Source of the DNA: Octopus sinensis
Lineage: Eukaryota
Length of the DNA: 64,000 nucleotides
Assembly (NCBI RefSeq): GCF_006345805.1
Contig: NC_043004.1
Span: 12,400,001-12,464,000 of the forward strand
Direction of reading: 5' to 3'
A program made the translations under genes and the position numbers. Under the pieces are notes generated by a model. The model was not told where the DNA came from. It saw only the letters and a program-made list of their open reading frames with translations, and made no database searches. The stretch's first letter is position 1. Every line of letters begins with the position of its first letter. Shown here in pieces: positions 1 to 13,306 of this stretch.

Positions 1-452
1 CCCAGGCTGCAAAGTAGCTATAAATTGTTCTTAATGAGGAATTGTTCCTAATGAAAGCATATTCGGTTTTAATAGAATACTATTTGATTCGGCTTGAAAA
101 GTAATCTTTCATGTAAGAAATTAAATTGTTAACTAATACGTTTACAGCAGTTCGATCTTTAATGCACTGTGCTGCAGATACACACTCAATATTAACTACA
201 TATTTAGTAATTTAATTTTGTAAATGGCATATATCTAATTCAAACAAATTAAGTAAGAATATATGATTAAGCTGATGTGAAAATAGCTTTATTTCATTTG
301 AAACTATTAGTGAGCCTACCATAATATCTTTTATTCTTTGTGTTCTTTAATTCTTAAAAATAGTTCTAAAAATGAGTAGAAATCGTAGTGTTGGTAAATG
401 AACCGTTCGTGGAAATAAAATCGAAGTGCCAAGATGGAGTCCATACAATCAA

Positions 453-756
453 ATATTCTTTTCTACTCTAGGCACAAGGCCTGAAATATTTGGAGAGGGG
501 GGGCATTCGATTAGATTGACCCCCAGTACGCAACTGGTTCTTAATTTATCGAGCTCAAAAGGATGAAAGGCAAAGTCAACCACGGCGGAATTTGAACTTA
601 GAACGTAAAGACAGACGAAATACCTATTTCTTTACTACCCACAAGAGAGGACAGGCAAGGACAGACAAACGGATTAAGTCGATTATATCGACCCCAGTGC
701 GTAACTGGTACTTAATTAATCGACTCTGAAAGGATGAGAGGCAAAGTCGACCTCGC
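453..756 (-). mobile_element. 5'-truncated dimeric tRNA-derived SINE (octopus OK-like family)
   Basis: Reverse complement matches the full dimer at 23612-24018 (gtcgactttgcctttcatcctttcggggtcgat...gtaccagttacgcactggggtcgat occurs twice; tail gtgcctagagtagaaaagaata). Family name is from recall, not a database search. Confidence 0.85.
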
Positions 757-771
757 TCATGAAGTTTCTGC

Positions 772-1027
772 GTGGAGTAAGGAATTTCCGGAAATTGAAA
801 GAAGCCCGTCGTATGTGTGTGTGTGTCTGTCTGTCTGTCTTTGTCCCTGCACCATCGCGTGATAACCAATTCTGGTGTGTTTACGTCCCCGTAACTTAGC
901 GGTTCGGCAAAATGATAGATAGAATAAGGACCAAGCTTACAAGGAATAAGTCCTGCGGCCGATTTGTTCGACTAAAGGCGATGCTCCAGCATCGCCGCAG
1001 TCAAATGACCGAAACAAATATAAAGAA
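772..1027 (+). mobile_element. 3' part of tRNA-derived SINE with internal microsatellite (OR-like family)
   Basis: gaaagaagcccgtcgtat-(TG)n-...tttacgtccccgtaacttagcggttcggcaaa...gctccagcatcgccgcagtcaaatgaccgaaac matches the copies at 14725 and 27367. Confidence 0.85.
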
Positions 1028-1046
1028 ACACAAAAAGAATTGCAAT

Positions 1047-1081
<35 letters not shown>

Positions 1082-1451
1082 CGAACAGCAATATGAATCA
1101 TTGTTATATTTTTACTGAAGAGTATGAATATAGGAAGCGAAAGATTTTAAGTGACTCCTTATATATCGATTGATCAAAGTCTTTCAATGTAAAAAGTAAG
1201 GCCTTTTTCATTCAACTCATTTGTATGTTGATGTAATTCCTCAATTAACTGTTTCTTCAGCTGAGCTTGCCGCAACTAACCAAAAGTAAAAAGAAAAAAA
1301 GAGATAAATTAATTTATTAATTAACAATCAAGATTATTTTCTCTTTTATATTGTAGAAATGTCAGCATTTGTCTCCATCTAGTTTATGTTCTTATGTTGT
1401 TGTTGTGTGAACTTACTATTATTAAAACAAAATATGCGTGTGCGCGCGTAT

Positions 1452-1454
<3 letters not shown>

Positions 1455-1505
<51 letters not shown>

Positions 1506-1646
1506 ATATGTATGCGTACATACATATATATACATATGTATATGTACATATAGTTAAATATGTATGCGTACATATAGTTAAATATATATATATATATATA
1601 TATAATATATATATATATAAATATATACGTATGCATGCATGTATGT

Positions 1647-1681
<35 letters not shown>

Positions 1682-1761
1682 CATATAAATATGTATGCGT
1701 ACATACATATATATACATATGTATATGTACATATAGTTAAATATGTATGCGTACATATAGT

Positions 1762-1807
<46 letters not shown>

Positions 1808-1825
1808 TATACGTATGCATGCATG

Positions 1826-1860
<35 letters not shown>

Positions 1861-1900
1861 GTATGTATGCATGTATGTATGTATGTATACACATACATAC
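1455..1900. repeat. (TA)n/(TATG)n compound microsatellite containing a ~183-bp tandem duplication
   Basis: Block tatacatataaatatgtatgcgtacatac...tataaatatatacgtatgcatgcatgtatg occurs at ~1495-1645 and ~1678-1828. Confidence 0.85.
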
Positions 1901-2074
1901 GTACATACAGAATATAATTAAGATTCAGCTGAATTAGGTACTTAAATTGAGCCACCTTGCCAGTTCCGTATAGTCCGCATGGCACAACAACATTAGTTGA
2001 ATATTGAATATAGGAGTGTTTGTACCTTGTACCCCTACCGTGTAGGGATGTTTGTACATTATATGCCAAATAAG

Positions 2075-2230
2075 TAACAAGGATGTACAAGTGTCAATCC
2101 ATTTCTGCCGTTTCAAGTGGCTTCATTTAATCGATTAAAGAAAACATGAATCAGTTAAATTAAGCATTAATCAATTAAATGGTGCCGCTTGAAACGGCCG
2201 AAATGTATTGACACCTGTACATCCTTGTTA
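2075..2230. mobile_element. Fold-back (hairpin) element with ~64-bp imperfect inverted arms
   Basis: taacaaggatgtacaagtgtcaatccatttctgccgtttcaagtggc...ttaa (2075-2138) pairs with 2167-2230; 28-bp loop. Confidence 0.75.
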
Positions 2231-2939
2231 ATTATATCTATCTATCTATCTATTGCTAGAAATAAGAGTCAAAACAACTATCTTAAGCTAGTGCTTTTGC
2301 TTGCTATTTGTTGTTTTGAAAGGACAGAATTAATAATTTCAAAATTATGATGGGATCCCGTGACTTATTTTTTTTACACTGTTTGTAAGCTACTTTCCCT
2401 AATCTCTCAGGTGGTTTGTACCAAGATGATGCGTTGTTTATAATTCATAACACTAGCAATGTTTGCATTAAAAGGATTTGGAAGCGGTTATGAAAATGTT
2501 TAACAACCATGGACTGAGAATTAATGTGTAAAATAATCTTAACATAGCTAACTTCCTCGACATCACTTGGGACCTTAACTCTGGGTTATTCTATTCATAC
2601 TGCTAGTCGGAAGATAATCTTAATTACGTAAACCACTGCTCCAATCACATGAGAAGTGTAATTAATTTTGTCATAAACGGGGTCTCCAATAGAATTTCTT
2701 ATCTGTCATCTAATGAAAATATCTTTTGTCTGCATTCTCAATATTACAATAAAGCCCTCTATAGGACCGGTTACATGGAGAAAATTACATTTATACCTAG
2801 ATCTAGGAGACCTCTCAGCAATAATGGATTAAGCTACTATAATATTAGTAGCTCTAAACGTAATACTTCTAACACCATTAAGAAAAAATGTTAACAACAA
2901 CAGAAATAATAATGATAATAATTGTAATAATACCGTAAT

Positions 2940-3790
2940 AGAAGACTCACAGATCTGAGCGTGGCATTGATTGGTTATTTGAGGCAAACTATATGACAGT
3001 ACACTCTTGGTTAAGAAGAACTATGGAAATGTATGGAGTAGCAGAAAATATGTGGTGCCTTATATGGAACAGTATGAAATGTTGGAGAACTGAATTGACA
3101 GCGGGGAATCAGGTTTTAAAAGTGGAAATTAGGAAGGGAATCTTCCACGGGGACAATGTATTTCTTTAAGTGAGGACAAAATTGGGATATGATCTGCGAA
3201 GTGGTAAAGCAAAGCTTAATCACCTGCTATTCATCGATGATTTGAAGATGTTGTCAAAACGTGAGACAGAACTGGACAGTGATATCAACATGGAGTTTGA
3301 ACTTTCAAAATATGATGAAATGGTGATGAGACGAGGAAAGTTTGTCAGAATAGAAGTTATACGTATGACAAGTGGTGAAGTGATGAAGGTAATTGAACCT
3401 GAATCTGGATATAAGTACCTGGGAATACTTGAGAATGATGCAATTAAGCATCATGTATGGAAGAAAAGACATCAAAGGAGTATCTATGGCGACTGAGTAA
3501 AAAATATTGAATTTAGAATTGAATGCCAGAAATATTTCGGCAATAAAATCGCGTACAGTTGCAGTAGTTCGGTTTGGCGCTGTAGAGGATGAAATAAAGA
3601 ATTTGGACAGGAAGACAAGAAAACTCATATTAGTGCATGGGGCCCATCATCCACGTGCAGACACAGATCGCCTATATATGAAGAGAGCAAATGGGAGAAG
3701 AGGACTGGTAAGTATGCAAGACTGCATGTATATTGAGCTTGCTGAGATATCTATCCCAGAATGAGGAAACCGAGTTAAAAGAATAGCGAT
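2940..3790 (+). pseudogene. Degraded R4/Dong-like non-LTR retrotransposon reverse transcriptase fragment
   Basis: Frame-shifted peptides HSWLRRTMEMYGVAEN, KVEIRKGIFHGD, KLNHLLFIDDLK (YADD-equivalent), GYKYLGILE, LDRKTRKL...HGAHHPRADTDRLYMKRANGRRGL are typical of R4-clade RT; flanked by (AAT)-like and (GAT)n repeats. Confidence 0.8.
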
Positions 3791-3802
3791 GATGAATGAT
3801 GA

Positions 3803-3836
<34 letters not shown>

Positions 3837-3990
3837 GGTGGTAATGGTGGTGGTGATGGTGAAGGTGATGGTGGTGATGATGGTGATGATGGTGATGGTG
3901 ATGATGGTGATGGTGATGATGATGGTGATGATGGTGATGATGGTGATGGTGATGATGATGATGAGGAGGAGGATGATGATGATGATGATC
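3789..3990. repeat. (GAT)n/(GGT)n trinucleotide microsatellite
   Basis: Direct reading. Confidence 0.95.
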
Positions 3991-4545
3991 ACATTTTTCA
4001 GTATTTTGCAAAAGCGCTCTCCTCCAAGTCAGAACACTGGAATCTTTAACAAATACAAGATTAAGCTGTCCTTTTCTGCCGCACCTAATCTAGCCGAAAA
4101 ACATCGCTGCTATTAACCGTTTTAGGATGACCAAAAAAAAAAAATTAACTCTATTAACAGTAACAGCAATAACCATGACATGGAGGGAACCGAAATCCTA
4201 TCCTTTCGTTCTCACTCAACACTTCAAGCATCGAGTAGTTCGTGCGAAACTGCTTCGTACCATGTTTACGTCGCAATAGAGACATACAGTGAAACAATTG
4301 TAACCGATTCGCGTGTTTTGTCATGATTTTACGCCACAATGAAGGTTCCATTCATCTTTGGAAACTGTTAGATTTGCCGATAATCAAGCGACAGTGAACT
4401 TTCATTCATCGATGTGTTTCCGTGCAATGGTTAATGGATTAGTTAACCATCTGATTTGCTTCATTCTGCTTAGCCATCAAAGGTTGCGTGCTTCACTTCA
4501 ATACTTAATGGATACCCTCTGATCAAATCTATACATACATATGTA

Positions 4546-4622
<77 letters not shown>

Positions 4623-4725
4623 ATATAATTATTATTAAAATTATAATTTAGGGTATCTAAGAGATACCAGCACGCTGGAAATAGCAGCTAAAACTTGACT
4701 TTAAAACCACATTAAATGTTCATAC

Positions 4726-4841
4726 AGCACCAGGAGAGAAGACAAGAAGACAAAATAAACTAGCAAAAAATTACTGGATAATTCCAGAACCTGGATATTT
4801 TTGCCAGTTTGTTTTGTCTTTTTGTCTTCTCTCCTGGTGCT
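4726..4841. mobile_element. Short fold-back element with ~45-bp inverted arms
   Basis: agcaccaggagagaagacaagaagacaaaataaactagcaaaa pairs with ttttgccagtttgttttgtctttttgtcttctctcctggtgct. Confidence 0.7.
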
Positions 4842-5062
4842 AACGTTCCTGCTAGCTTGCTTCCTTAGGCACATTTAACATTAAAATGAAGAATTGCTCG
4901 ATAATTTTTGTAGAGTACATATATATTATACATTTACAAGAAGGGGTGTGATAGTGACTTCGAAGGTTTGGTATACTAGACGTCGTTTTTGTAAAAGTAT
5001 AATACATACATACATACATACATACATACATACATGCATGCATGTATATATGCATGCATACA

Positions 5063-5096
<34 letters not shown>

Positions 5097-5136
5097 CATA
5101 CATACATACAAAGTACGCTGTTGTTGATGTTGAAAT

Positions 5137-5236
5137 NNNNNNNNNNNNNNNNNNNNNNNNNNNNNNNNNNNNNNNNNNNNNNNNNNNNNNNNNNNNNNNN
5201 NNNNNNNNNNNNNNNNNNNNNNNNNNNNNNNNNNNN
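5137..5236. other. Assembly gap (100 N)
   Basis: Run of N. It interrupts a copy of the R4-like LINE 3' tail starting at ~5110 (aaagtacgctgttgttgatgttgaaat). Confidence 0.99.
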
Positions 5237-5549
5237 GGATTAAAGGCGAAACGAGAGAGAGAAATATCGTTTTGAAGCCTATTCCCTGATGTAAGGCAAT
5301 CTCCATATCATTATTCTGTCTGACCTTAGCTGGCCTGTATCACCCAATAACAGCATCAACAATAGTGGCGACAGCAGCAGCAGCAGCAGTGACAGCAACA
5401 ACAACAACAAACACGGTACCCAAGAGCACAAGCCAAGGAGGAAGCCTTTACGTTGTTGCTAGATGTGCCATCAGTAGCAGCTAAATTACTCTAAACACAA
5501 CAACTTAAAGTCGTAATTGTAAAAGGCTTGCAATAGATAACGTATCTGA

Positions 5550-5846
5550 AGGACACACAGACACACACAAACACACACACACACAAACACACACACAGTC
5601 ATGAAGACACACACAAACACACACACACACAAAAACACACACATACAAACACACACACATACACGTATGCATATACGTACACACGCACACAGGACGGACG
5701 GGATGCTCGCGATTGGAACTCCATTGGTCGTACTTCTGCTCTATCAAAGCAGCAATTTCAGAGGCGAAGCTGTAGCAGCAGCAGTAATAACAAACAACAC
5801 CAACAACTACTACTACTACTACACTACTACTACTACTACTACTACC

Positions 5847-5914
<68 letters not shown>

Positions 5915-6025
5915 CCACCACCACCACCACCACCACCACCACCACTACTACTACTACTACAGTAGCAGCAGCAGCTGCTGGTGCTACTATTGCTTTGGTA
6001 CTACCGCTACTATGAAACAACAGTA

Positions 6026-6061
<36 letters not shown>

Positions 6062-6095
6062 GCTGTTGCTACTACTACTACTACTGCTGCTGTTG

Positions 6096-6136
<41 letters not shown>

Positions 6137-6513
6137 GTTACTACTACTACTACTAATACTACTACTTCTACTACTGCTGCTGCTGTTGTTACCGTTGCTG
6201 CCACTATTACTAAATCTACTAAACAACAATTTACGTCATTGGCCGTCTGGAAAGATACATAACACGAAGAAGCGAGAGCAGAGTAAAGAAAGAAGTAAAG
6301 ATACAACAACAAGAAGAACGACAACAACGAAAATAAAAACAATAACAGCGATTGCAATAGTAACAACAAAAACAACAACAACTACCACCCACAAATAAAA
6401 CACTAATTACAATTTCACGAGACAGTGCAAGAAAAAATAGTAATAATAATAATAACAATAATAATAATAATAATAATGATGATATGATAATAATAATAAT
6501 AATAATGATGATG

Positions 6514-6582
<69 letters not shown>

Positions 6583-6835
6583 GAAAAGTAAATGATGAAG
6601 AATAATAAAAATCACTATATACGGAAAATATAAATATAAAAGAAAACGTATATATGTAATATATATATATGTATATATATATACATATATATATATATGT
6701 ATATATATATATGCATATATATACATATATATGCATATATATACATAATATGTATATATATATGTATATATATATGTATATATATATACATATATGTATA
6801 TAGATATGCATATATATATGTGTGTGTGTGTGTAT

Positions 6836-6881
<46 letters not shown>

Positions 6882-6948
6882 CATAATAATCCATTATTCC
6901 AGACTTGTCTAGGATAACAAAGATATTTTTTGTCATTACTTTTACAAC

Positions 6949-6982
<34 letters not shown>

Positions 6983-7055
6983 GGTATTATCATAATTATT
7001 ATTGTTATTGTTATTATTATTGTTGTTCTTGTTGTTGTTGTTATTGTTGTTACTG
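5550..7055. repeat. Microsatellite cluster: (CA)n, (ACT)n/(ACC)n, (AAT)n, (TA)n, (ATT/GTT)n
   Basis: Direct reading. Confidence 0.9.
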
Positions 7056-7419
7056 CAATGTGTATCTTTGTTTCACTTGTGCGAGATTCTCTGAGGTTAT
7101 AAACAAAAAAAAAAAGAACAAGAAAAAGAAAGAAAGAACGAAACAGAAAAATGAATAAAGAAATTAAAGAGACTCGTTGCGATTCATGCAGTAAAGTCCG
7201 CCATTTCTCACGTTTGCTTTCTACAAACTGTTCAAAACTTTGAATATGTTTTCAACAGTTTACTTCATGCGTCATTGTATTTATTTCAATAATCCCTCCG
7301 TGTATTTGTGTGTGTGTATGTGTGTGTGCGTGTTTGTGTGTGTGTGTGTGTGTGCGCGGGGTGGTGGTGGTGTTTGCGTGTTTGCATGCTGAAAAGCCTG
7401 CGTTTATCTGTTTATCTTT

Positions 7420-7600
7420 TAATCCTTTCAGCGACTGAATTGTGGCCATGCTGGAGGAGGCCACTGCCTTGATGAATTAAGTCGGGCAAATCGAACTATC
7501 GAACTCAGTAGTTCGCTACATATCCTATCGATTTTGTCGAACCGCCAGGTAACGGAGACAAAAATATATTGAAACCAGTAGGGAAACAAAAGACATAAGC
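7420..7600 (-). mobile_element. Degraded 3' part of OR-like SINE
   Basis: tttcagcgactgaattgtggccatgctggag...ttgtcgaaccgccaggtaacggagac resembles the reverse-strand SINE tail. Confidence 0.55.
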
Positions 7601-7968
7601 AAGCACATACACATATACATATATACATATACATACACATATACATACACATATACATATTTATGCGTATGTTAAGAATCGGAACACCCGATGACACATG
7701 GATACCGCCTAATGACATGAATTCCTCTTGGCCAAAACTACATTCACCAAGGTGTGTGGAAAACAAGATGTTATATATACGTGTGCATACATATAACACC
7801 TAAGAGAATATGCTTGTTTTCCATTGTTTTCCAAAGTAGAGGCGACCACTTTTCTGTATGTGATCGGCTTGAAAATTTGTTAAGATACTTGGATATTTTC
7901 CCACTCTTCTTAGCATGAAACCAATGGTAGCCTTAATTCTCAAATAAAGAAATTATTTACCCACTAAT

Positions 7969-8041
<73 letters not shown>

Positions 8042-8445
8042 ATATATATATATGAGACCAAAGTGTACATATACAAGCATTCGTAGACAGACTTGTAGAT
8101 TTCTCTTTTCTTAAACCAGTCTAGAGTTGTTTGCTTTTTTTCGTTCTGAATAAATTGCTCGGCAACATGCAGAAGTATTTATTACGGTAATAGAAACTTT
8201 TGCACTTCGTTAAAAATTTGGACCGTTTGCTTGAAAAATAACGCTCGTACACCCGGATTCTCGTAAAGCGGACCCTCGTAAAGTGAGATATTAATGTTCA
8301 TAGCTTTTGCCACGGGTAAATCAGCGCTCTTAGATCTAGAATATGTATGGCCGGCCATGTTTGTACGTGGTTTTGTCTTCGTATATTTGTAAGTCTGTGT
8401 TCATGAGTTAGTGTATAACTGCGTGTGTATATATGTGTATATGTA

Positions 8446-8501
<56 letters not shown>

Positions 8502-8614
8502 TGTGTATGTGTGTGCGCGCGTGTATGCATGTATGCGTTTTTGTGAGTGTTTGGTTAATTTTATATTCTTGAAATTTTATATTTGTGAGTGTGGGTGTTT
8601 TTATCTGTGTGTGT

Positions 8615-9170
8615 ATGTGTGTGTGTGTGAGCGCATATTTTATTGTGAGTCAGGGTATGTGTATATCATTGTAGTTATGTGTGTGTGTTTGTGTATATGT
8701 GTGTGTGTGTGTGTGTGTGAGAGCGTGTTTTATTATGAGTCGGGGTCTGTGTATATCATTGTAGTTATGTGTGTGTGTTTGTGTATATGTGTGTGTGTGT
8801 GTGAGCGTGTATTCTATTGTGAGTCAGGGTCTGTGTATATCATTGTAGTTATGTATGTGTGTGTTTGTGTATATGTGTGTGTGAGTGTGTGTGTGTGTGT
8901 GTGTCAGCGTGTTTTTCATTGTGAGTTAGGTTCTGTGTATTCTATTGTAGTTATGTGTGTGTTTGTGTATATGTGTGTGTGTTTGTGTTGGTGTATGTGT
9001 GTGTGAGCGTGTGTTTTATTGTGATTTAGGGTCTGTGTATATCATTGTAGTTATGTGTGTGTTTGTGTATATGTGTGTGTGTGTGTGTGTTGGTGTATGT
9101 GTGTGTGATCATGTGTTTCATTGTGAGTTAGGGTCTGTGTAATCATTGTAGTTAAGTGAGTGCGTTTGTG
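8615..9170. repeat. ~70-80-bp minisatellite (about 7 units) embedded in (TG)n
   Basis: Unit consensus gtgagcgtgttttattgtgagtcagggtctgtgtatatcattgtagttatgtgtgtgtttgtgtatatgtg; unit length varies with the TG run. Confidence 0.9.
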
Positions 9171-9860
9171 TATATGTATGTGTGTGTGAGAGTTTGTGTG
9201 TGTGTGTGTGTGTATGTGTGTGTGTGTGTATGGATATGTCTATATGTTTGTGTCCGATCATTTGTAACTCAGTGTGCTTGCGTATGTCCGTTCTAATCTT
9301 GTTTTAATGTGTGTGCGTGTATTTACAAGTGAGTGTGTAATTGTGTGAGCGAACGTGTGTATACGTATGCGTGTATGTGTTAATGTGTATATATACGTGA
9401 ACTTGGACACTTCACTGTGTGTGTGTCGTGCGTCTGTGTGCATGTATGATTGTGTGTGTCAGTGTGTGTGTGTGTGTGTGAGTTTCAGTGTATGTATATG
9501 AGTTTAAGCGTGCACCTGTGTGTGTGTGTGTGAGAGAGTGTGTGTCTGTTGGTATGTATGTATGTATGTATGTATGTATGTGTTTGTGTAATTTACATTT
9601 CCATTTTGTTCGTTTTTATTGTCTAAATTGAATATTTTCTGTACCCGTTGATGTGTGTGCTTACATCAGTATGAGTGTGTGTGGTGACTGATTATGTGTA
9701 TGAGATATGCGTGTGTATTTGTGTGAGTGTGTGTGTGATTTAATCATTGCTTTTTTTCTCTCCTCCATCCATCCCCCCACACAGCTACCACTCCAGTTTA
9801 AAGTATATATTACATAGGAACGCTTGTTGTAGAAACTCACTCGCCTATTGTTTTTTTTTC

Positions 9861-9891
<31 letters not shown>

Positions 9892-9940
9892 TATACTGAG
9901 CGAAAGTGAAAGTAGAGAAAATCGAGTACATGACTACTTA

Positions 9941-9983
<43 letters not shown>

Positions 9984-10173
9984 TAGATAGATAGATAGGG
10001 AGGTAGGTAGGTAGGCAGGCAGGTAGGTAGGGGGGAGGGAGGCTAGAAGAGATATGGAAAGAGAGAAGGGAAAAAGAGAGAGAAGAGAGGTATTATAGTA
10101 AAAGAGAAGAAGCCTCACAGCCAAAGACATACAATACAAAGATAGTCAAGCGTTTACACATACATACATACAT

Positions 10174-10220
<47 letters not shown>

Positions 10221-10383
10221 CATACATTTGTACATATACATACACACATACATATATAGTACATAATATATAATATATATGTATATACATACGTATGTAA
10301 CATTATATGTATGTATACGTATACGTATACATATGTACATCCCACATAATACATATATATATAATACACATATATATATATAC

Positions 10384-10422
<39 letters not shown>

Positions 10423-10429
10423 GATATAT

Positions 10430-10474
<45 letters not shown>

Positions 10475-10829
10475 TATATATATATATATATACAAATATA
10501 TATATATGTATATACACACACACATGCATATATATATATATATACATACGCACACTTACAAGAAAAAGTGTGAAATCTAAAGTTATGTAAAGGAATGAGT
10601 TAATAGAAAACTATGAAAATATGACATTGGTATGCTTGTTAATGTCGTTGTTGTTGTTGTTGTTGTTGCAGTAGCAGCTGTTGTTGTTGTTGTTGTTGTT
10701 GTCGTTGTTGTTGTTGTTGTGTTGTTATTGTTATTATAATTTATCGACTCGAATATATATAAATTTTATTTTCTATACATATTTTGTAGTCTTCTTTTTT
10801 ATTGTTTGTTTGCAAATATGTGGCAGTAT

Positions 10830-10864
<35 letters not shown>

Positions 10865-10953
10865 TGATTGTGTGTGTGCGTGTGTGTGTGTTACTTTCTT
10901 TCAAGAAAATTTCATTGTTCTCTTGACATCTTCACTTAATTAGTTTGCAAAGG

Positions 10954-10987
<34 letters not shown>

Positions 10988-11118
10988 TTGCTACTACTAC
11001 TACTACTACTACTACTACTGCTATTACTACTAGCACCACCACCACCACCACCGCCACCACTACCACCACCACATCTACTACTATTATTACCACCACCACC
11101 ACCACCACCACCACCACC

Positions 11119-11169
<51 letters not shown>

Positions 11170-11269
11170 GCTACTGCTGCTGCTATTACTACAACGACGA
11201 GTTTTTATGAAAGAGTTAATATTCGTAATATTTTCTTTTTCTTACAGCGAATAGGGGAGATCGCTTTTT

Positions 11270-12000
11270 TCCCTATTGACAGCGGGGCTGGGGGGTGGGG
11301 GATTATAATGACAGTGGTAGTGGACATTTACGACGGATGTTCTAAATTGACAAAGGTGATGGGTTGTTTTATTGACATTGGGAAGGAAGAACTATACATT
11401 TACAGTGTGCCTTTTATGACGACGGCGCAAATCTTACATTGACATTGGCGATGGTGGTGGTGGTGGTGATGGTGGTGGGGAGTCATATTGATGGCGAAAG
11501 TTTTATAGGGGTTCTTATATTGATGGTGGGAATAGTTATATTAAATGTGGGTATGTTATATTTACAGTAGAATGTCAAACTTCCACTGCGAATGTAATTA
11601 GTCCAGTTTTTATATTGACGGTGAAAGTTTGACATTGACAGTAAGTTTATATTGACGGTGAAGATTTTGATTTGTTATCACGGAGTTTATAATGACGTCG
11701 TGTTTTTTGATTGACAATGGGGTGGGGTTGTAATGAAGGTAGTGGCAGCTCTATGTTGACGGTAAGGTGGGAATTTTATGCTGACCGTGTGAGTTTCCAT
11801 ATTGACGGTAGATGTTCTATAATGACAGCTGACGACATAAGCTTTATATTAATTAATGCTGAAGTTTTTCATGGACAGTGGAGTGGTTTAGATTGACAAT
11901 AGAAGCTTGCTATTGACAGGGGACGGTTTTATATTGGACGTGGAGTTCCTAAATTGACAGTGGGGGTTTTCTACTGACAGGTATTTTATTTTGACAATAC
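11270..12000. repeat. Degenerate ~20-bp minisatellite built on (A)TTGAC(A/G)GT
   Basis: About 30 recurrences such as tatattgacggtgaaagttt, aaattgacagtgggggtttt, ctattgacaggggacggtttt. Confidence 0.6.
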
Positions 12001-13268
12001 ATGTCTGGTGTGTTGTAAGACCACTGTGAATGAGACACACTCTGGCTTTTGCTAAAGTCTGTTTCTAGAGTCCGCTTCAAACCTAGACTGCGTCTGCTCC
12101 GATAATCGATGGAGAATTGGTCAGCGAATCTTCTACGACTGTCGTCAGTTGACGGTAAGACCAGCTGCCACAGATCACATTATCTGATCATGAACTCCAC
12201 ACCTCAACAGATAGAAACATTACTTTGCCTGCTGGAACAGCCACGACTGCGGTCGACAGTCGGATACGGTTAGCATCCCTGAGGCACGTGATGAACTCAC
12301 TGGTCGCAACCGGCTCAATCCATCCAGGTTGAATTCTGCTGTAAGTACAAGTAGTACAACGTTTACATTAACAGTAATGTTTTTTTTACATTGAAGTTGG
12401 TCGCCTATACATTAATTATGGGAGAGGCGGTTCGTGGGAGTTGTCCATCGTCCTCCTGGATAAACACCGAAGTTTATTTTCGTAACCCCCCTTAAATGAC
12501 CTTCATAATATCATCCTTAATGCCTATACTTAACTTTCTATACAACACAAAGGTTAACGCACGGCCAGCCATATTGCCGGATTAGCAGAGAACTTTGAGC
12601 GCCTGGTAACATTACTGGCATATAATCCAAGTTTATGCGTGATACAGCAATGCTATTTGGTTTAAGCTATGGTGAACATTTCTGACCAGACAAATTCGTA
12701 GCAAATGCTGGAGATAATTTAACCTTTCGAGAATTGGGTTTTAGCAATATATAAAGAATCTGACTTGTGGAATCTGTCTCTTCCACTATAATATCTATTC
12801 GTATTAGCATAATGTTCGCCCATCGTGCGCCATCAACGACCGAGTTTCGGCTTTACAAGTGCGTCGTGCGTCTTGAGCTATGGATCGGTTTTCGCCGTTT
12901 CGTCGATGGCTTCTAGAGAGAATCAGTGACATAGAATCATTTTGCCGAGCGTTCTCGCATCTAATCTGGCCCCGCATTCCCTTATTGGTTTTCTAACATC
13001 TTAGACGGGGGTAAGAAGTAATAAAAAAAAAGTCGCATTCATTGTTCAAGAGAAGCGGGTAAGCAGTTCATTTTGGGGTCTCTGATGTGGTCCCTTAAAA
13101 TCTATGTTATGATGATGGTGATATAGATAATGATGATGATGATGATGATGATGAAGGGTAGTGCTGATGAGGATGGGGATTATGATAATTGTGATGGTGA
13201 TGATGAAGACAATTACGATGATATGACGACGGGCATTACAACAACGATGATAAAAGTGCTGAAAATGG

Positions 13269-13306
<38 letters not shown>

